Shown here piece after piece: positions 47,591 through 56,197 of a DNA stretch of 64,000 bases. A program made the translations under genes and the position numbers. The notes under the pieces were generated by a model. The model had not been told where the DNA came from, ran no database searches, and saw only the letters and a program-made list of their open reading frames with translations. The first letter of the stretch is position 1, and every line of letters starts with the position of its first letter. This DNA comes from an uncultured candidatus Brocadiaceae bacterium (GTDB lineage: Bacteria; Planctomycetota; UBA1135; UBA2386), in NCBI GenBank assembly GCA_964538915.1, contig CAZIFB010000002.1:263424-327423 (forward strand). The letters are read 5' to 3'.

Positions 47591-48130
47591 TCACTTCGCT
47601 GGTTTGCGAGCAGCCTTCTTCGCAGCCTTCTTCACGGCCTTCTTCTTCGCTGCGGCCGGTGCACCGCCGCGCAGTTCGACGAGTTTCGCGCGCACGTGGT
47701 CGGCGTGGCCGGCGGCCTTCACCTTCGCCCAGTGGTGCGCGACCGTGCCGTCCGGCGCGATCAGGACCGTCGACCGGATGACGCCGATCGTCTCCTTGCC
47801 GTAGAGCACCTTCTTGCCGTAGGCGCCGTAGGCCTTCATCACCTTCTTGTCGGCGTCGGTGAGCAGCCGGATGCCGAGGGAGTGCTTGGCGATGAACTTC
47901 TGGTGCGCGTTTCCGCTGTCCGCGCTGCAGCCGAAGACCTCCGCGTCGAGACCGCGGAACTCGGAGTTCGCCGCGGTGAACTCGCAAGCCTCGACCGTGC
48001 AGCCGGGCGTGTCGTCACGTGGGTAGAAGTAGAGGATGACCCAGCGGCCGACCAGGTCGCGCAGCGACACGGTCTTGCCGTCCTGGTCGGGAAGTTGGAA
48101 CGCCGGGGCAGGCTTGCCGATCGAGACCAT
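47591..48130 (-). CDS. bcp: thioredoxin-dependent peroxiredoxin Bcp with Lys/Ala-rich C-terminal tail
   Basis: ATG at 48130. FYPRDDTPGCTVEAC (CxxxxC). The terminal 25 aa are GGAPAAAKKKAVKKAAKKAARKPAK. Confidence 0.9.
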   Translation of the reverse strand: MVSIGKPAPAFQLPDQDGKTVSLRDLVGRWVILYFYPRDDTPGCTVEACEFTAANSEFRGLDAEVFGCSADSGNAHQKFIAKHSLGIRLLTDADKKVMKAYGAYGKKVLYGKETIGVIRSTVLIAPDGTVAHHWAKVKAAGHADHVRAKLVELRGGAPAAAKKKAVKKAAKKAARKPAK

Positions 48131-48279
48131 GCAGCGATGATCCGGCAGCCGAGGGCGGAAGCAAGGCCGCGCGTCGTCGCATGGACGTGACACACCGCGC
48201 ATGAGGATTTGGGTGCGGTGGTCGCGGCGGCCTTCTACTCTGCGGCCGTGGTGACCGGCGACGAACGGACAACGCGGCG

Positions 48280-49044
48280 ATGATCCTCGTCACCGGCATG
48301 ATGCGCTCCGGCACGTCGCTGGTCTGTCAGGTCCTCACGAAGCTCGGGCAGTCGTTCGGCGACCCGAGTGCGATGATCCCGGCCGATCGGTGGAACGCCG
48401 GCGGCTACTTCGAAGTGCGCGAAGTGATGGACGTGAACAGCCGTATCGTCACGGGCATCTCGCGCACCGCGTCGCCGTTCCATGCCTGGGCCGCGAAGGT
48501 CGCCTACGTCGCGATGCCGTCCGTGCGGTCCTTGCCGCGCCGCGCCGGGCGGCACCGCGCGACCATCGAGGACCTCGGCCGCCGCTACCGCGGCGCCGTG
48601 CTCAAGGACCCGCGCTTCTGCCTCACGATGCGCTTCTGGCGGGAGTGGGCGGAGGTCGACCGCATCGTGGTGTGCATCCGCCATCCCGCGTCGGTGCTGC
48701 ATTCGCTGTCCCGTCGCCATTCGCTGCCGAGGTGGCTCAGCGCGCGCTTCTACGCCTGGCACGTGAACGCGCTCGTCGACCAGCTGCCATCGGCTTCGGT
48801 CGTGTTCCTCGACGTGGACCGTCTGGTCGACGGGGCCGGGGACGAATTGGAGGCGCTGCGGCGCGGCATCGGCGCGAGCACGCCGGCGTCCGTGAACATC
48901 CTCGACGACGTCGTCGACCCCGATGCGTTCACGCGCGTCGATGGCGACGCGACGGCGTGTCCGGAGATCGCGGTGGCGGCATGGCAGCGTTTGCGTGCAC
49001 TCGCTGCTGCATCGCGCGCGGGGTCCGCTGGCGGAGCGGTTTGA
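48280..49044 (+). CDS. sulfotransferase family protein
   Basis: N-terminal PAPS 5'-phosphosulfate-binding-loop-like MILVTGMMRSGTS, and a later KDPR..L.M segment. The stop is 2 nt before the next gene. Confidence 0.7.
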   Translation: MILVTGMMRSGTSLVCQVLTKLGQSFGDPSAMIPADRWNAGGYFEVREVMDVNSRIVTGISRTASPFHAWAAKVAYVAMPSVRSLPRRAGRHRATIEDLGRRYRGAVLKDPRFCLTMRFWREWAEVDRIVVCIRHPASVLHSLSRRHSLPRWLSARFYAWHVNALVDQLPSASVVFLDVDRLVDGAGDELEALRRGIGASTPASVNILDDVVDPDAFTRVDGDATACPEIAVAAWQRLRALAAASRAGSAGGAV

Positions 49045-49046
49045 GC

Positions 49047-50681
49047 ATGCGTCTTCCGACCGCGTTCGACCTGGACCGACGGGTGGTGCGGCGATCCTTC
49101 GCCATCGCCTTCGCCCTGCTGGCGTTCGTCGTGCGGCTCGTCGGCATAGGCAGTCAGCCGCTCTGGTTCGACGAGGCGATGACGCTGCACATCGCGCACC
49201 AGCCGGGCGGTCTCGGCCTCGTGCACAACACGCCGCCACTCTACTACGTGGCGCTCGACGTTTGGACGCGGGTGTTCGGCGTAGAGCCGACGGGGCTGCG
49301 GTCGTTCTCCGCGGTGTGCGGCGCACTGTTCGTGTGGGCGTCGTTCCACGCCGCACGAGTCATGTTCGGCAACGGCGCTGCGTTCGCTGCCGCGACGTTC
49401 GCGCTCGTCGCTCCGCTGCACCTGTACTACTCGCAGGAGGCGCGCGCCTACTCGCTGCTGCTCGCCCTGCTGATGGTCGTGCAGTGGGCGGCGTGGCTCG
49501 TGCGGGAACGTGTGCGAGCCGGCGCGGTGGTGGCGCTGTGCGCCGGCTCGATCGCCGCGCTCTACACGCACTTCCTCGCCTCGATCCCTCTGGCGTTCAC
49601 CTTCGCGACGGCTGCGTGGTCCGCATGGCGCGGCGGTCGCCGCGAGTGCCTGCGATCGATCGTCGTCGCCGGCGTGGTTGCGGTGGCGTCGCTGTTGCCG
49701 TGGCTCTGGTGGTGGAAGCGGCACACACCGTTCCACGCGAGCGACATGCAGTGGCTCGCGATGCTGTGGCGCGAGTCCTCGGGTGTCGACCTGCTCTCGG
49801 CGTCGGCCGAACTGCTCGTGTTGGGTGGCCAGCAGGGATCCCCGCTCTTCCTGAAGCAGTTCTCGACCATGGCGTTTCCGCCGGTGTTGCGGCTGGTCGG
49901 ACTCGTCGCGTTCGTGGTGCTGCTCGGCGTCGCAGCGGTGCGTCTTCACGCTTCGGGCCCACCGCTGCGTCGCGTGTTCGCGCACTGTGGCTTCGCGACC
50001 GTCGCGCCGATCGCCGTCCTGTTCGCCGCTTCGTTCGTGCATCCGACGTACGCGCCGGGGCGCTACGACCTGGTTGCGTTCCCCGCGCTCACGCTCCTCG
50101 TCGGGTGCTCTTGTGCCGTGGTGTTCGCGACCCCACGGCGGTGGGCGCACGCTGTGTGGCTCGCCGCGCTGGCGGCCTTCGTCGTGGCTGCGGCGGCGAA
50201 GGACCGGGACTATCTGACCGCACCCGCCGCGGTCGATCCGTTCCGCTCCGTCGCGGCCCAGCTCGCGGAACAGGTGCGGCCGGAGGACGCGGTCGTGTTG
50301 TGTGGCAACACCGGTGTGCCGGTGCTCGCGCACCTGGCGCAGCGCGGCTTCCAATGGCACGAACGGAGTTGTCGCGCGTCGGACGGCCGGAGCTTCGTTT
50401 GCCGGCTCCTGCCGCCGTCGCTCGAGGAGGCGCCGGCGACCGCGAGCCGCTACCTGCAGGCGCTCGAAGATGGGTCGATGCCGGGCTCCCTCGCCGCGAT
50501 GGCGACGGAAGGGCCGGCTCCGTCGATCTGGCTCGTGCTCGGCGAGGAGCTGCGCACGGGCGGCCGCGATCCCGCGATGGACGCCGTCGGTCGACAACTC
50601 GTAGCCGCCCTCCACCAGGGCGGCTACGCGGACGACGGCGGCGAGCCCGCTCTCGGCATCCTGCACTTCCGGCGACGCTGA
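49047..50681 (+). CDS. GT-C glycosyltransferase, family 39/ArnT/PMT_2-like
   Basis: ATG at 49047. First-loop PLWFDEAMTLHIA, multiple TM segments, and YYSQEARAYSLL. Confidence 0.8.
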   Translation: MRLPTAFDLDRRVVRRSFAIAFALLAFVVRLVGIGSQPLWFDEAMTLHIAHQPGGLGLVHNTPPLYYVALDVWTRVFGVEPTGLRSFSAVCGALFVWASFHAARVMFGNGAAFAAATFALVAPLHLYYSQEARAYSLLLALLMVVQWAAWLVRERVRAGAVVALCAGSIAALYTHFLASIPLAFTFATAAWSAWRGGRRECLRSIVVAGVVAVASLLPWLWWWKRHTPFHASDMQWLAMLWRESSGVDLLSASAELLVLGGQQGSPLFLKQFSTMAFPPVLRLVGLVAFVVLLGVAAVRLHASGPPLRRVFAHCGFATVAPIAVLFAASFVHPTYAPGRYDLVAFPALTLLVGCSCAVVFATPRRWAHAVWLAALAAFVVAAAAKDRDYLTAPAAVDPFRSVAAQLAEQVRPEDAVVLCGNTGVPVLAHLAQRGFQWHERSCRASDGRSFVCRLLPPSLEEAPATASRYLQALEDGSMPGSLAAMATEGPAPSIWLVLGEELRTGGRDPAMDAVGRQLVAALHQGGYADDGGEPALGILHFRRR

Positions 50682-50785
50682 TTCGACGCGGGCGTCCCGT
50701 CGGGACGTGCGCCGGTTCGCGCGGTCCGGTCGATGCCACGCTTTTTCCTGCCACGCGGCAGTCGACCGGTCGTTGCCGTCCCTCC

Positions 50786-52261
50786 ATGTTCGAAGCGCTG
50801 AACGCGGCCTCTCCTGCCAACAAGTACCAGCTCGGCTGGGTCGAGCTGGCTCCGGTGCAGTTCCAGGCGGAAGTGCCGAAGTGGCTCGCGCAGCTCGGCA
50901 AGAGCGCACTGACGGGCGGGCCGCAGCAGGCCCAGCGCGTCGCGCTGGTCGACGAGTTCGCGCGCCTGCTGCAGATCCAGAAGCAGATCCTGCAGAAACA
51001 GGGCGGCGCGAACGCCGCGGTGGACGTCGGGCGCGCGGACGAGAACGTGCGCTGGTTCGGCGAGGTCGTGAAGAAGAAGTTCGGCGCGGCACCGAAGACT
51101 CCGGCGCCGGAAACGGGCCTGCAGCCGCTGCTCGACCGCAACGACCTGCTCGCGGGCAAGCTGGCGGTGCTCGACGAGAAGCTGCAGCTCGTCAACTACT
51201 GGCTGCGCGGCGTGAAGACGTTCCCCGAGCACCAGCAGGGCCAGTCGCTCCTGTTCCAGTACCTCGGCAACGCGCCGAACGCGAAGGTGCGCCTCATCCT
51301 CGAGGTGTTGTGCGCGGACGCCGGCAAAGCCGTGTCGTTCAAGGAGCCCGGGCCGTTCAAGACGTCGTACGGGTTCGACAAGGGGCTCGTCGCGGAACGG
51401 AAGAAGGAAGTCGCATGGACCGACGAGCGCTTCAAGAAGGCCGTCAAGGGCGAGCTCGGCGCCGGGTACGGCGTGCAGGCGAAGGGGCAGTGCGAACTCG
51501 AGTTCTCCGGCTTCAAGGCAAAGCTCGAGGGCGAAGCGTGGGCCGGTGTGCGCGCGAAGATGGAAGGCGAGGCCGGCTTCGGCGCAGGCAGTGGTGCCTT
51601 CGCGAAGGGCTCCGTCGAGGCGGAGATCGGCATCAAGCTGAAGGGTGTCGCGTCGATCGACTGTGCCGACGTGTTCCTGTGTGAAGTGAGCGCCGAGGCG
51701 TTCGCCGGTGCGATGGCCAAGGGCGAAGTCGAGGTCACCGTGACCGTGGGGCAGGTGACCGTGAAGGCTTCGGCGGAGGCGTTCGCCGGCGCACGACTCG
51801 TCGGCGAGGCGAAGGCGACGCTGCGGCTGCAGGGCTACGACCTCTTGAAGGCCGAGGCGAAGGGCGCACTGACAGCCGGCGTCGGCGGCAAGGCCGAGTT
51901 CGAACTCCAGTGTTCGCTCTTCAGCGGCAGCAGCCTCAAGGTCGAGGCCGGCGCGACACTCGGCGTCGGTGCCGAGGGCGGCACGAAGTTCACGGTCTAC
52001 GCGGGCAACATCGCGCCGGCGCTCGCGGCGCTCTACTACTCGGTGCACCTCGGCCTGCTCGGCCAGAAGAAGGAGAAGTACGTCTGGAAGACCTACTTCC
52101 GCGAACTCGAGCAGAACGAGCGACTCTTCGAGAAGGCGCGCGGCGTGATCGAGGAGCAGATGAAGACGCTGATCCTCGAACGCAACCGCCTGTTCACCGA
52201 GTTCTCGGCGTGGAAGCAGCTCGAAGGACTCGCGACCTTCCGGCGCACCGGCGTGGTCTGA
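50786..52261 (+). CDS. orphan protein with amphipathic beta-hairpin-like repeats and C-terminal coiled coil
   Basis: ATG at 50786 in the frame of ORF 48923..52261. Host-like GC3 and no signal peptide. The repeat block runs from GAGYGVQAKGQCELEFSGFKAKLEGEA to GTKFTVYAG. Hydrophobic NIAPALAALYYSVHLGLLG, then a heptad-like tail. Confidence 0.7.
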   Translation: MFEALNAASPANKYQLGWVELAPVQFQAEVPKWLAQLGKSALTGGPQQAQRVALVDEFARLLQIQKQILQKQGGANAAVDVGRADENVRWFGEVVKKKFGAAPKTPAPETGLQPLLDRNDLLAGKLAVLDEKLQLVNYWLRGVKTFPEHQQGQSLLFQYLGNAPNAKVRLILEVLCADAGKAVSFKEPGPFKTSYGFDKGLVAERKKEVAWTDERFKKAVKGELGAGYGVQAKGQCELEFSGFKAKLEGEAWAGVRAKMEGEAGFGAGSGAFAKGSVEAEIGIKLKGVASIDCADVFLCEVSAEAFAGAMAKGEVEVTVTVGQVTVKASAEAFAGARLVGEAKATLRLQGYDLLKAEAKGALTAGVGGKAEFELQCSLFSGSSLKVEAGATLGVGAEGGTKFTVYAGNIAPALAALYYSVHLGLLGQKKEKYVWKTYFRELEQNERLFEKARGVIEEQMKTLILERNRLFTEFSAWKQLEGLATFRRTGVV

Positions 52262-52271
52262 ATCGCCGCTG

Positions 52272-52739
52272 CTACCGCGCCTTGCCGCGCGACGGCTTCT
52301 TCGTCGTTCGCGACGGCTTCTTCGCCGACTTCGCCCGCCGCGGCGCCGGGGCCGAACCGCCGCCGTCGAACTGCGCGAGCAGTTTCTTCGGCGCCTGCGC
52401 GCGGTAGCTCTCGTCGAGCCACACTTCGAGCTGCGCCATCGGCGGCAGCGGCGCCGAGTCGAACGACATCGACACCCAGCCGCTCTTGCCGACGCCGTAC
52501 GGCGTCGGCTGTGCTCCCGGCAGCGACAACGCGAGCGGGTGCGACTCGGGCAGCTTCAGCGACAGCCCGGGCGGGTCGCCGGGAGCGCTGAGGTACGCGA
52601 ACGTCTTGTCGTTCACCGCGAGGTCCATGTGCCCGGGCCACGGGCTCTTCAGGTGGGCGCCGGGGTAGCGGCGCAGGCCGAGTTCGCGCAGATGCGCGAT
52701 CGCAGCAGCCGCGGGAGTCGTTCGCTTCGTGGAGGCCAT
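52272..52739 (-). CDS. MmcQ/YjbR family DNA-binding protein with basic KKPSR-repeat tail
   Basis: KTFAYL...LSLKL...PYGVGKSGWVSMSF pattern. The tail is PRRAKSAKKPSRTTKKPSRGKAR. Confidence 0.75.
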   Translation of the reverse strand: MASTKRTTPAAAAIAHLRELGLRRYPGAHLKSPWPGHMDLAVNDKTFAYLSAPGDPPGLSLKLPESHPLALSLPGAQPTPYGVGKSGWVSMSFDSAPLPPMAQLEVWLDESYRAQAPKKLLAQFDGGGSAPAPRRAKSAKKPSRTTKKPSRGKAR

Positions 52740-52787
52740 GCGGCAAGCCTAGCGGAGCAGGCCGACGAGATCGGTCGGCGATGTCGT

Positions 52788-54401
52788 TCACCGCCTGGAG
52801 GGCCGCGTCGCCCGGTTGCGCAGCGACTCGTAGTACGGATCGAGCGCCTCGAGCTGGGCCCGGTTCGGCAGCGCGCGCGCGCTCGGGCTCGCATCGAAGA
52901 CCATGGCGGTCGGGGCCGACGGCGCGAACGCCGGCCACTTCGGCAACCCCGGTCCGTTCGGATCCCCTGTCTTCGCGAAGTTGACCCAGTAGCTGCCCAT
53001 CAGTGCCGAGATCGTCGTGTCCTCGGGGCGCACGGGAGGCGGCGAACCGGAGTCGCCGAAGACGGGTGCAGGCAGATTGCCGAAGACGTACGCGATCTCG
53101 TCACCGTGCGCGGCGCCCGCGCCGGCCGGGGTGCGGGGGCCCCGGTGATCGAAGTAGTAGACGAACGCCTTGCCCCTGCCCTTCTCCGTCTGCAGTCGCG
53201 CCCAGGCCCACGTGTGCCAGGCGACGGTCAGCTCGCGGAACAGGTCCTTCGTCGAGCGCACGGCTTCCAGGTCGGTCGCGTGTGGATACACGGAGAGGAT
53301 CCCGTCGGCGTGCCGCCCGAACCCCGCACGCACGCGCTGCTCGAATCGCGCGGCGGTCACGCCGGCAAGCGGCGCGAACGGGGCTCCCTCGTCCGAGTTC
53401 GTGCCGACGAGGATCGGCGTGTCGTGGAACTTCTTCGCGGAGTAGAGCTCGTACGGGTCGCCCGGCAGCACGTCGCCGTCGAAGACCGGCCAGAACACGA
53501 TGCCGCGACCCATGCCCGCACTCTGGGCGGCCTGGATCTTCGCGGCGGGCAACTCACGGGCTGCGGCGACGTCCGGCGCGCCGAGGCTCTCGAGGAAAGC
53601 TCTTCCCGTCGCTTCCGCGACGCGCAGCGGCGGCACGTTCACGCCTTCCTCGGCGGCCTGCTTCGCGCTGCCGAAACTCCCCCCGCTCTCGGAGATCACG
53701 CGGTGGAAGAGTCCTTTCGCTGCCGGCGAAACCGCGAGCATGCTCACCGACATGCCGCCAGCGGACTCGCCGAAGATCGTCACGCGGCCGGGGTCGCCGC
53801 CGAACTTCGCGATGTTCGCCTTCACCCACTGCAGGCCCGCGATCTGGTCCAGCAGCCCGTAGTTGCCCGACCCCTTGCCGCTCTCGCGGCTCAAGTCCGG
53901 GTGGGCCAGGAAGCCGAACGCGCCGAGCCGGTACGCCACGCTGACGAGCACGACTCCCTTCGCCGCGAGCTTCGTCCCGTCGTACAGCGGGGCCGCGGTC
54001 TGGCCGCCCACGAAGCCGCCGCCGTGGATCCACACCATCACGGGCAGTGCATCGCCGGCGGCTTTCGCCGGCGTCCACACGTTGAGGTAGAGGCAGTCTT
54101 CGCTCGTGTCCGGCGGGCCGCCGAAGAGACGCGAGAACATCGCGTCCTGCATGCACGCCGGCGCGAAGTGCGACGCGTCCTTCACGCCCGTCCACGCCTG
54201 GACCGGCTGCGGCGCCTTCCATCGCAGCGAACCGACCGGCGGCGCCGCGAAGGGAATGCCCTTGAACGACGTCACGCCGTCGGCGGCGACGCCACGCACG
54301 CAGCCTCCGGTCACGCAGGCTTCGTGGATCTGGGCCCGGGCGGCCGTCGCGAACGAGAGCGCCGAAGCGGCGAGGAACAGCATCTTCATGGCGTGTGTCA
54401 T
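52788..54401 (-). CDS. secreted carboxylesterase type B (para-nitrobenzyl esterase-like)
   Basis: Signal MKMLFLAASALSFATAARAQ, EDCLYLNVW, WIHGGGF, GESAGG. The ATG at 54401 overlaps the yciI-like stop (ATGA); alternative ATGs lie at 54389 and 54383. Confidence 0.9.
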   Translation of the reverse strand: MTHAMKMLFLAASALSFATAARAQIHEACVTGGCVRGVAADGVTSFKGIPFAAPPVGSLRWKAPQPVQAWTGVKDASHFAPACMQDAMFSRLFGGPPDTSEDCLYLNVWTPAKAAGDALPVMVWIHGGGFVGGQTAAPLYDGTKLAAKGVVLVSVAYRLGAFGFLAHPDLSRESGKGSGNYGLLDQIAGLQWVKANIAKFGGDPGRVTIFGESAGGMSVSMLAVSPAAKGLFHRVISESGGSFGSAKQAAEEGVNVPPLRVAEATGRAFLESLGAPDVAAARELPAAKIQAAQSAGMGRGIVFWPVFDGDVLPGDPYELYSAKKFHDTPILVGTNSDEGAPFAPLAGVTAARFEQRVRAGFGRHADGILSVYPHATDLEAVRSTKDLFRELTVAWHTWAWARLQTEKGRGKAFVYYFDHRGPRTPAGAGAAHGDEIAYVFGNLPAPVFGDSGSPPPVRPEDTTISALMGSYWVNFAKTGDPNGPGLPKWPAFAPSAPTAMVFDASPSARALPNRAQLEALDPYYESLRNRATRPSRR

Positions 54402-54754
54402 CCCTTCTTCGGGTCGGGGCGGAAGAAGACCTCGCGCACTTCCATCGACGATCCGCCGGCGACGAGGCCCTTCCTCGCCCATGCGAGCGCGGCGTCGAGA
54501 TTCGCGGCCTCGATGACCATCAGGCCGCCGATGTGCTCCTTGGTCTCGATGTACGGACCGTCGCTGACGACGACCTTGCCGTCGGGCTTCTTGCGGAGCG
54601 TCGTCGTGATCGGGGAGAGGCCGCAGGCGAACTTCTTGGCGCCGGCGGCTTCGAGCTCGCGATTCACGGCATAGATGGCCTCGATGGCCTCCGGGGTCAT
54701 GCTGGACGGGTCGAAGTCGTCGGGGAGGTACGAAGCGAGCAGGTATTGGGGCAT
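54398..54754 (-). CDS. YciI/DGPF family protein
   Basis: C-terminal 118 aa of ORF 54398..55702: MPQYLLASYLP...VVSDGPYIETKEHIGGLMVIEAANLDAAL. Confidence 0.85.
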   Translation of the reverse strand: MPQYLLASYLPDDFDPSSMTPEAIEAIYAVNRELEAAGAKKFACGLSPITTTLRKKPDGKVVVSDGPYIETKEHIGGLMVIEAANLDAALAWARKGLVAGGSSMEVREVFFRPDPKKG

Positions 54755-54867
54755 GGGGGATCCTCGGGTTCTCGGGGGAGTGCTTCTGCGGCTCGGGGCC
54801 GCTGGCGCGTCGTTGCGTGTGCACCTGGTCGCTCCGGCCACCGGAAATCGACAACCGGCGTCAGGTT

Positions 54868-56118
54868 TTATTCGAGGCCGCGGATCCGCTCGCGCAGGAA
54901 CTGGCGTTCCGGCTCCTGCTGCGTCAGTGCCAGCGCGTTCTCGTAGGCGGCCCTGGCTTCGGCGGTACGGCCGAGGCGGCGGAACATGTCCGCACGGGCG
55001 GCGTGGGCCAGGTGGTAGTTCGCGAGGTGGCCCTGCTCCAGCATCGCGTCGATCTGCGCCAGTCCGGCCCCGGGGCCGTCGCACATCGCGACCGCGACGG
55101 CGCGATTCAGCTCGACGATCGGCCACGGCTGCAGGCGCACGAGTTCGTCGTAGAGCGCGACGATGCGTCGCCAGTCCGTCGCCGCGGCCGTGGCCGCTCC
55201 TGCGTGAACGGTCGCGATCGCGGCCTGCAGGGTGTACGGCCCGAACCGGCGCGTCTTCAGCGCGCTGTCCACCAGCGCAACGCCCTCGGCGATCAGCGCC
55301 GCGTTCCACAGGGACCGGTCCTGCGCTTCGAGCAGGACGAGTTCGCCGGCGGGGGACGTTCGCGCGGCGCGCCGCGACTCGTTCAGCAGCATCAGGGCGA
55401 GCAGGCCGAGCACCTCCGGCTCGGGGTGCAGTTCGACGAGCAGGCGGCCCAATCGGATCGCTTCGCCGGTCAGTTCGGCGCGCGTCACTTCGACGCCCGC
55501 GGCAGAGGAGTAGCCCTCGTTGAAGACCAGGTACACGACCTGCAGCACGGCACTCAGCCGGTTCGGCAGGTCCTCCGGCGGCGGCACTTCGTACGGGATC
55601 GGCGTCTCGCGGATCTTCGCCTTCGCGCGCACGATGCGCTGCGCCACCGTTGCCGGCGCGACCAGGAACGCGCGCGCGATCTCCTCGGTAGACAGGCCGC
55701 ACACTTCGCGAAGCGTGAGCGCGGCGCGTCCTTCCGGCGGCAGTTCCGGGTGGCAGCAGGTGAAGATCAGTCGCAGGCGGTCGTCCTCGATCTCCGCCGT
55801 CGCGGCGCCTTCCTCGTCAGAGGGGGCTTCGTCGATGCGCGCCTCGAGGCGAGCGATCAGCTCCGTCTGGGCGGCGTCGAGCCGCGTTCGCCGCCGTATC
55901 GCGTCCACCGCCTTGAACCGCGCGGTCGAGACGAGCCACGGGCGAGGGTTGTCCGGGATGCCGGTGAGCGGCCAGGTCTCCAGTGCCGTGGCGAACGCCT
56001 CCTGCATCGACTCCTCGGCCAGGTCGAGATCACCGAGCAGGCGCACGAGCGTCGCCAGCACGCGACCCGACTCCGCGCGGTAGAGCGTCTCGATGGTCCG
56101 ATGGAGTGGCTCGGGCAC
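54868..56118 (-). CDS. ECF sigma factor with long C-terminal TPR-like extension (ECF42-type)
   Basis: GTG start. Sigma2 PRPWLVSTARFKAVDAIRRR, sigma4 REVCGLSTEEIARAFLVAPATVAQRIVRAKAKI, and a helical extension of about 230 aa ending in TPR-like repeats. Confidence 0.9.
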   Translation of the reverse strand: MPEPLHRTIETLYRAESGRVLATLVRLLGDLDLAEESMQEAFATALETWPLTGIPDNPRPWLVSTARFKAVDAIRRRTRLDAAQTELIARLEARIDEAPSDEEGAATAEIEDDRLRLIFTCCHPELPPEGRAALTLREVCGLSTEEIARAFLVAPATVAQRIVRAKAKIRETPIPYEVPPPEDLPNRLSAVLQVVYLVFNEGYSSAAGVEVTRAELTGEAIRLGRLLVELHPEPEVLGLLALMLLNESRRAARTSPAGELVLLEAQDRSLWNAALIAEGVALVDSALKTRRFGPYTLQAAIATVHAGAATAAATDWRRIVALYDELVRLQPWPIVELNRAVAVAMCDGPGAGLAQIDAMLEQGHLANYHLAHAARADMFRRLGRTAEARAAYENALALTQQEPERQFLRERIRGLE

Positions 56119-56197
56119 AGGCGGCTCGGCGACATGTTACGCGAGCGTGTGGACAAGTGTCGCGGGGGCGGGTCCGTTCCGCCAATCGAGCAATGTG

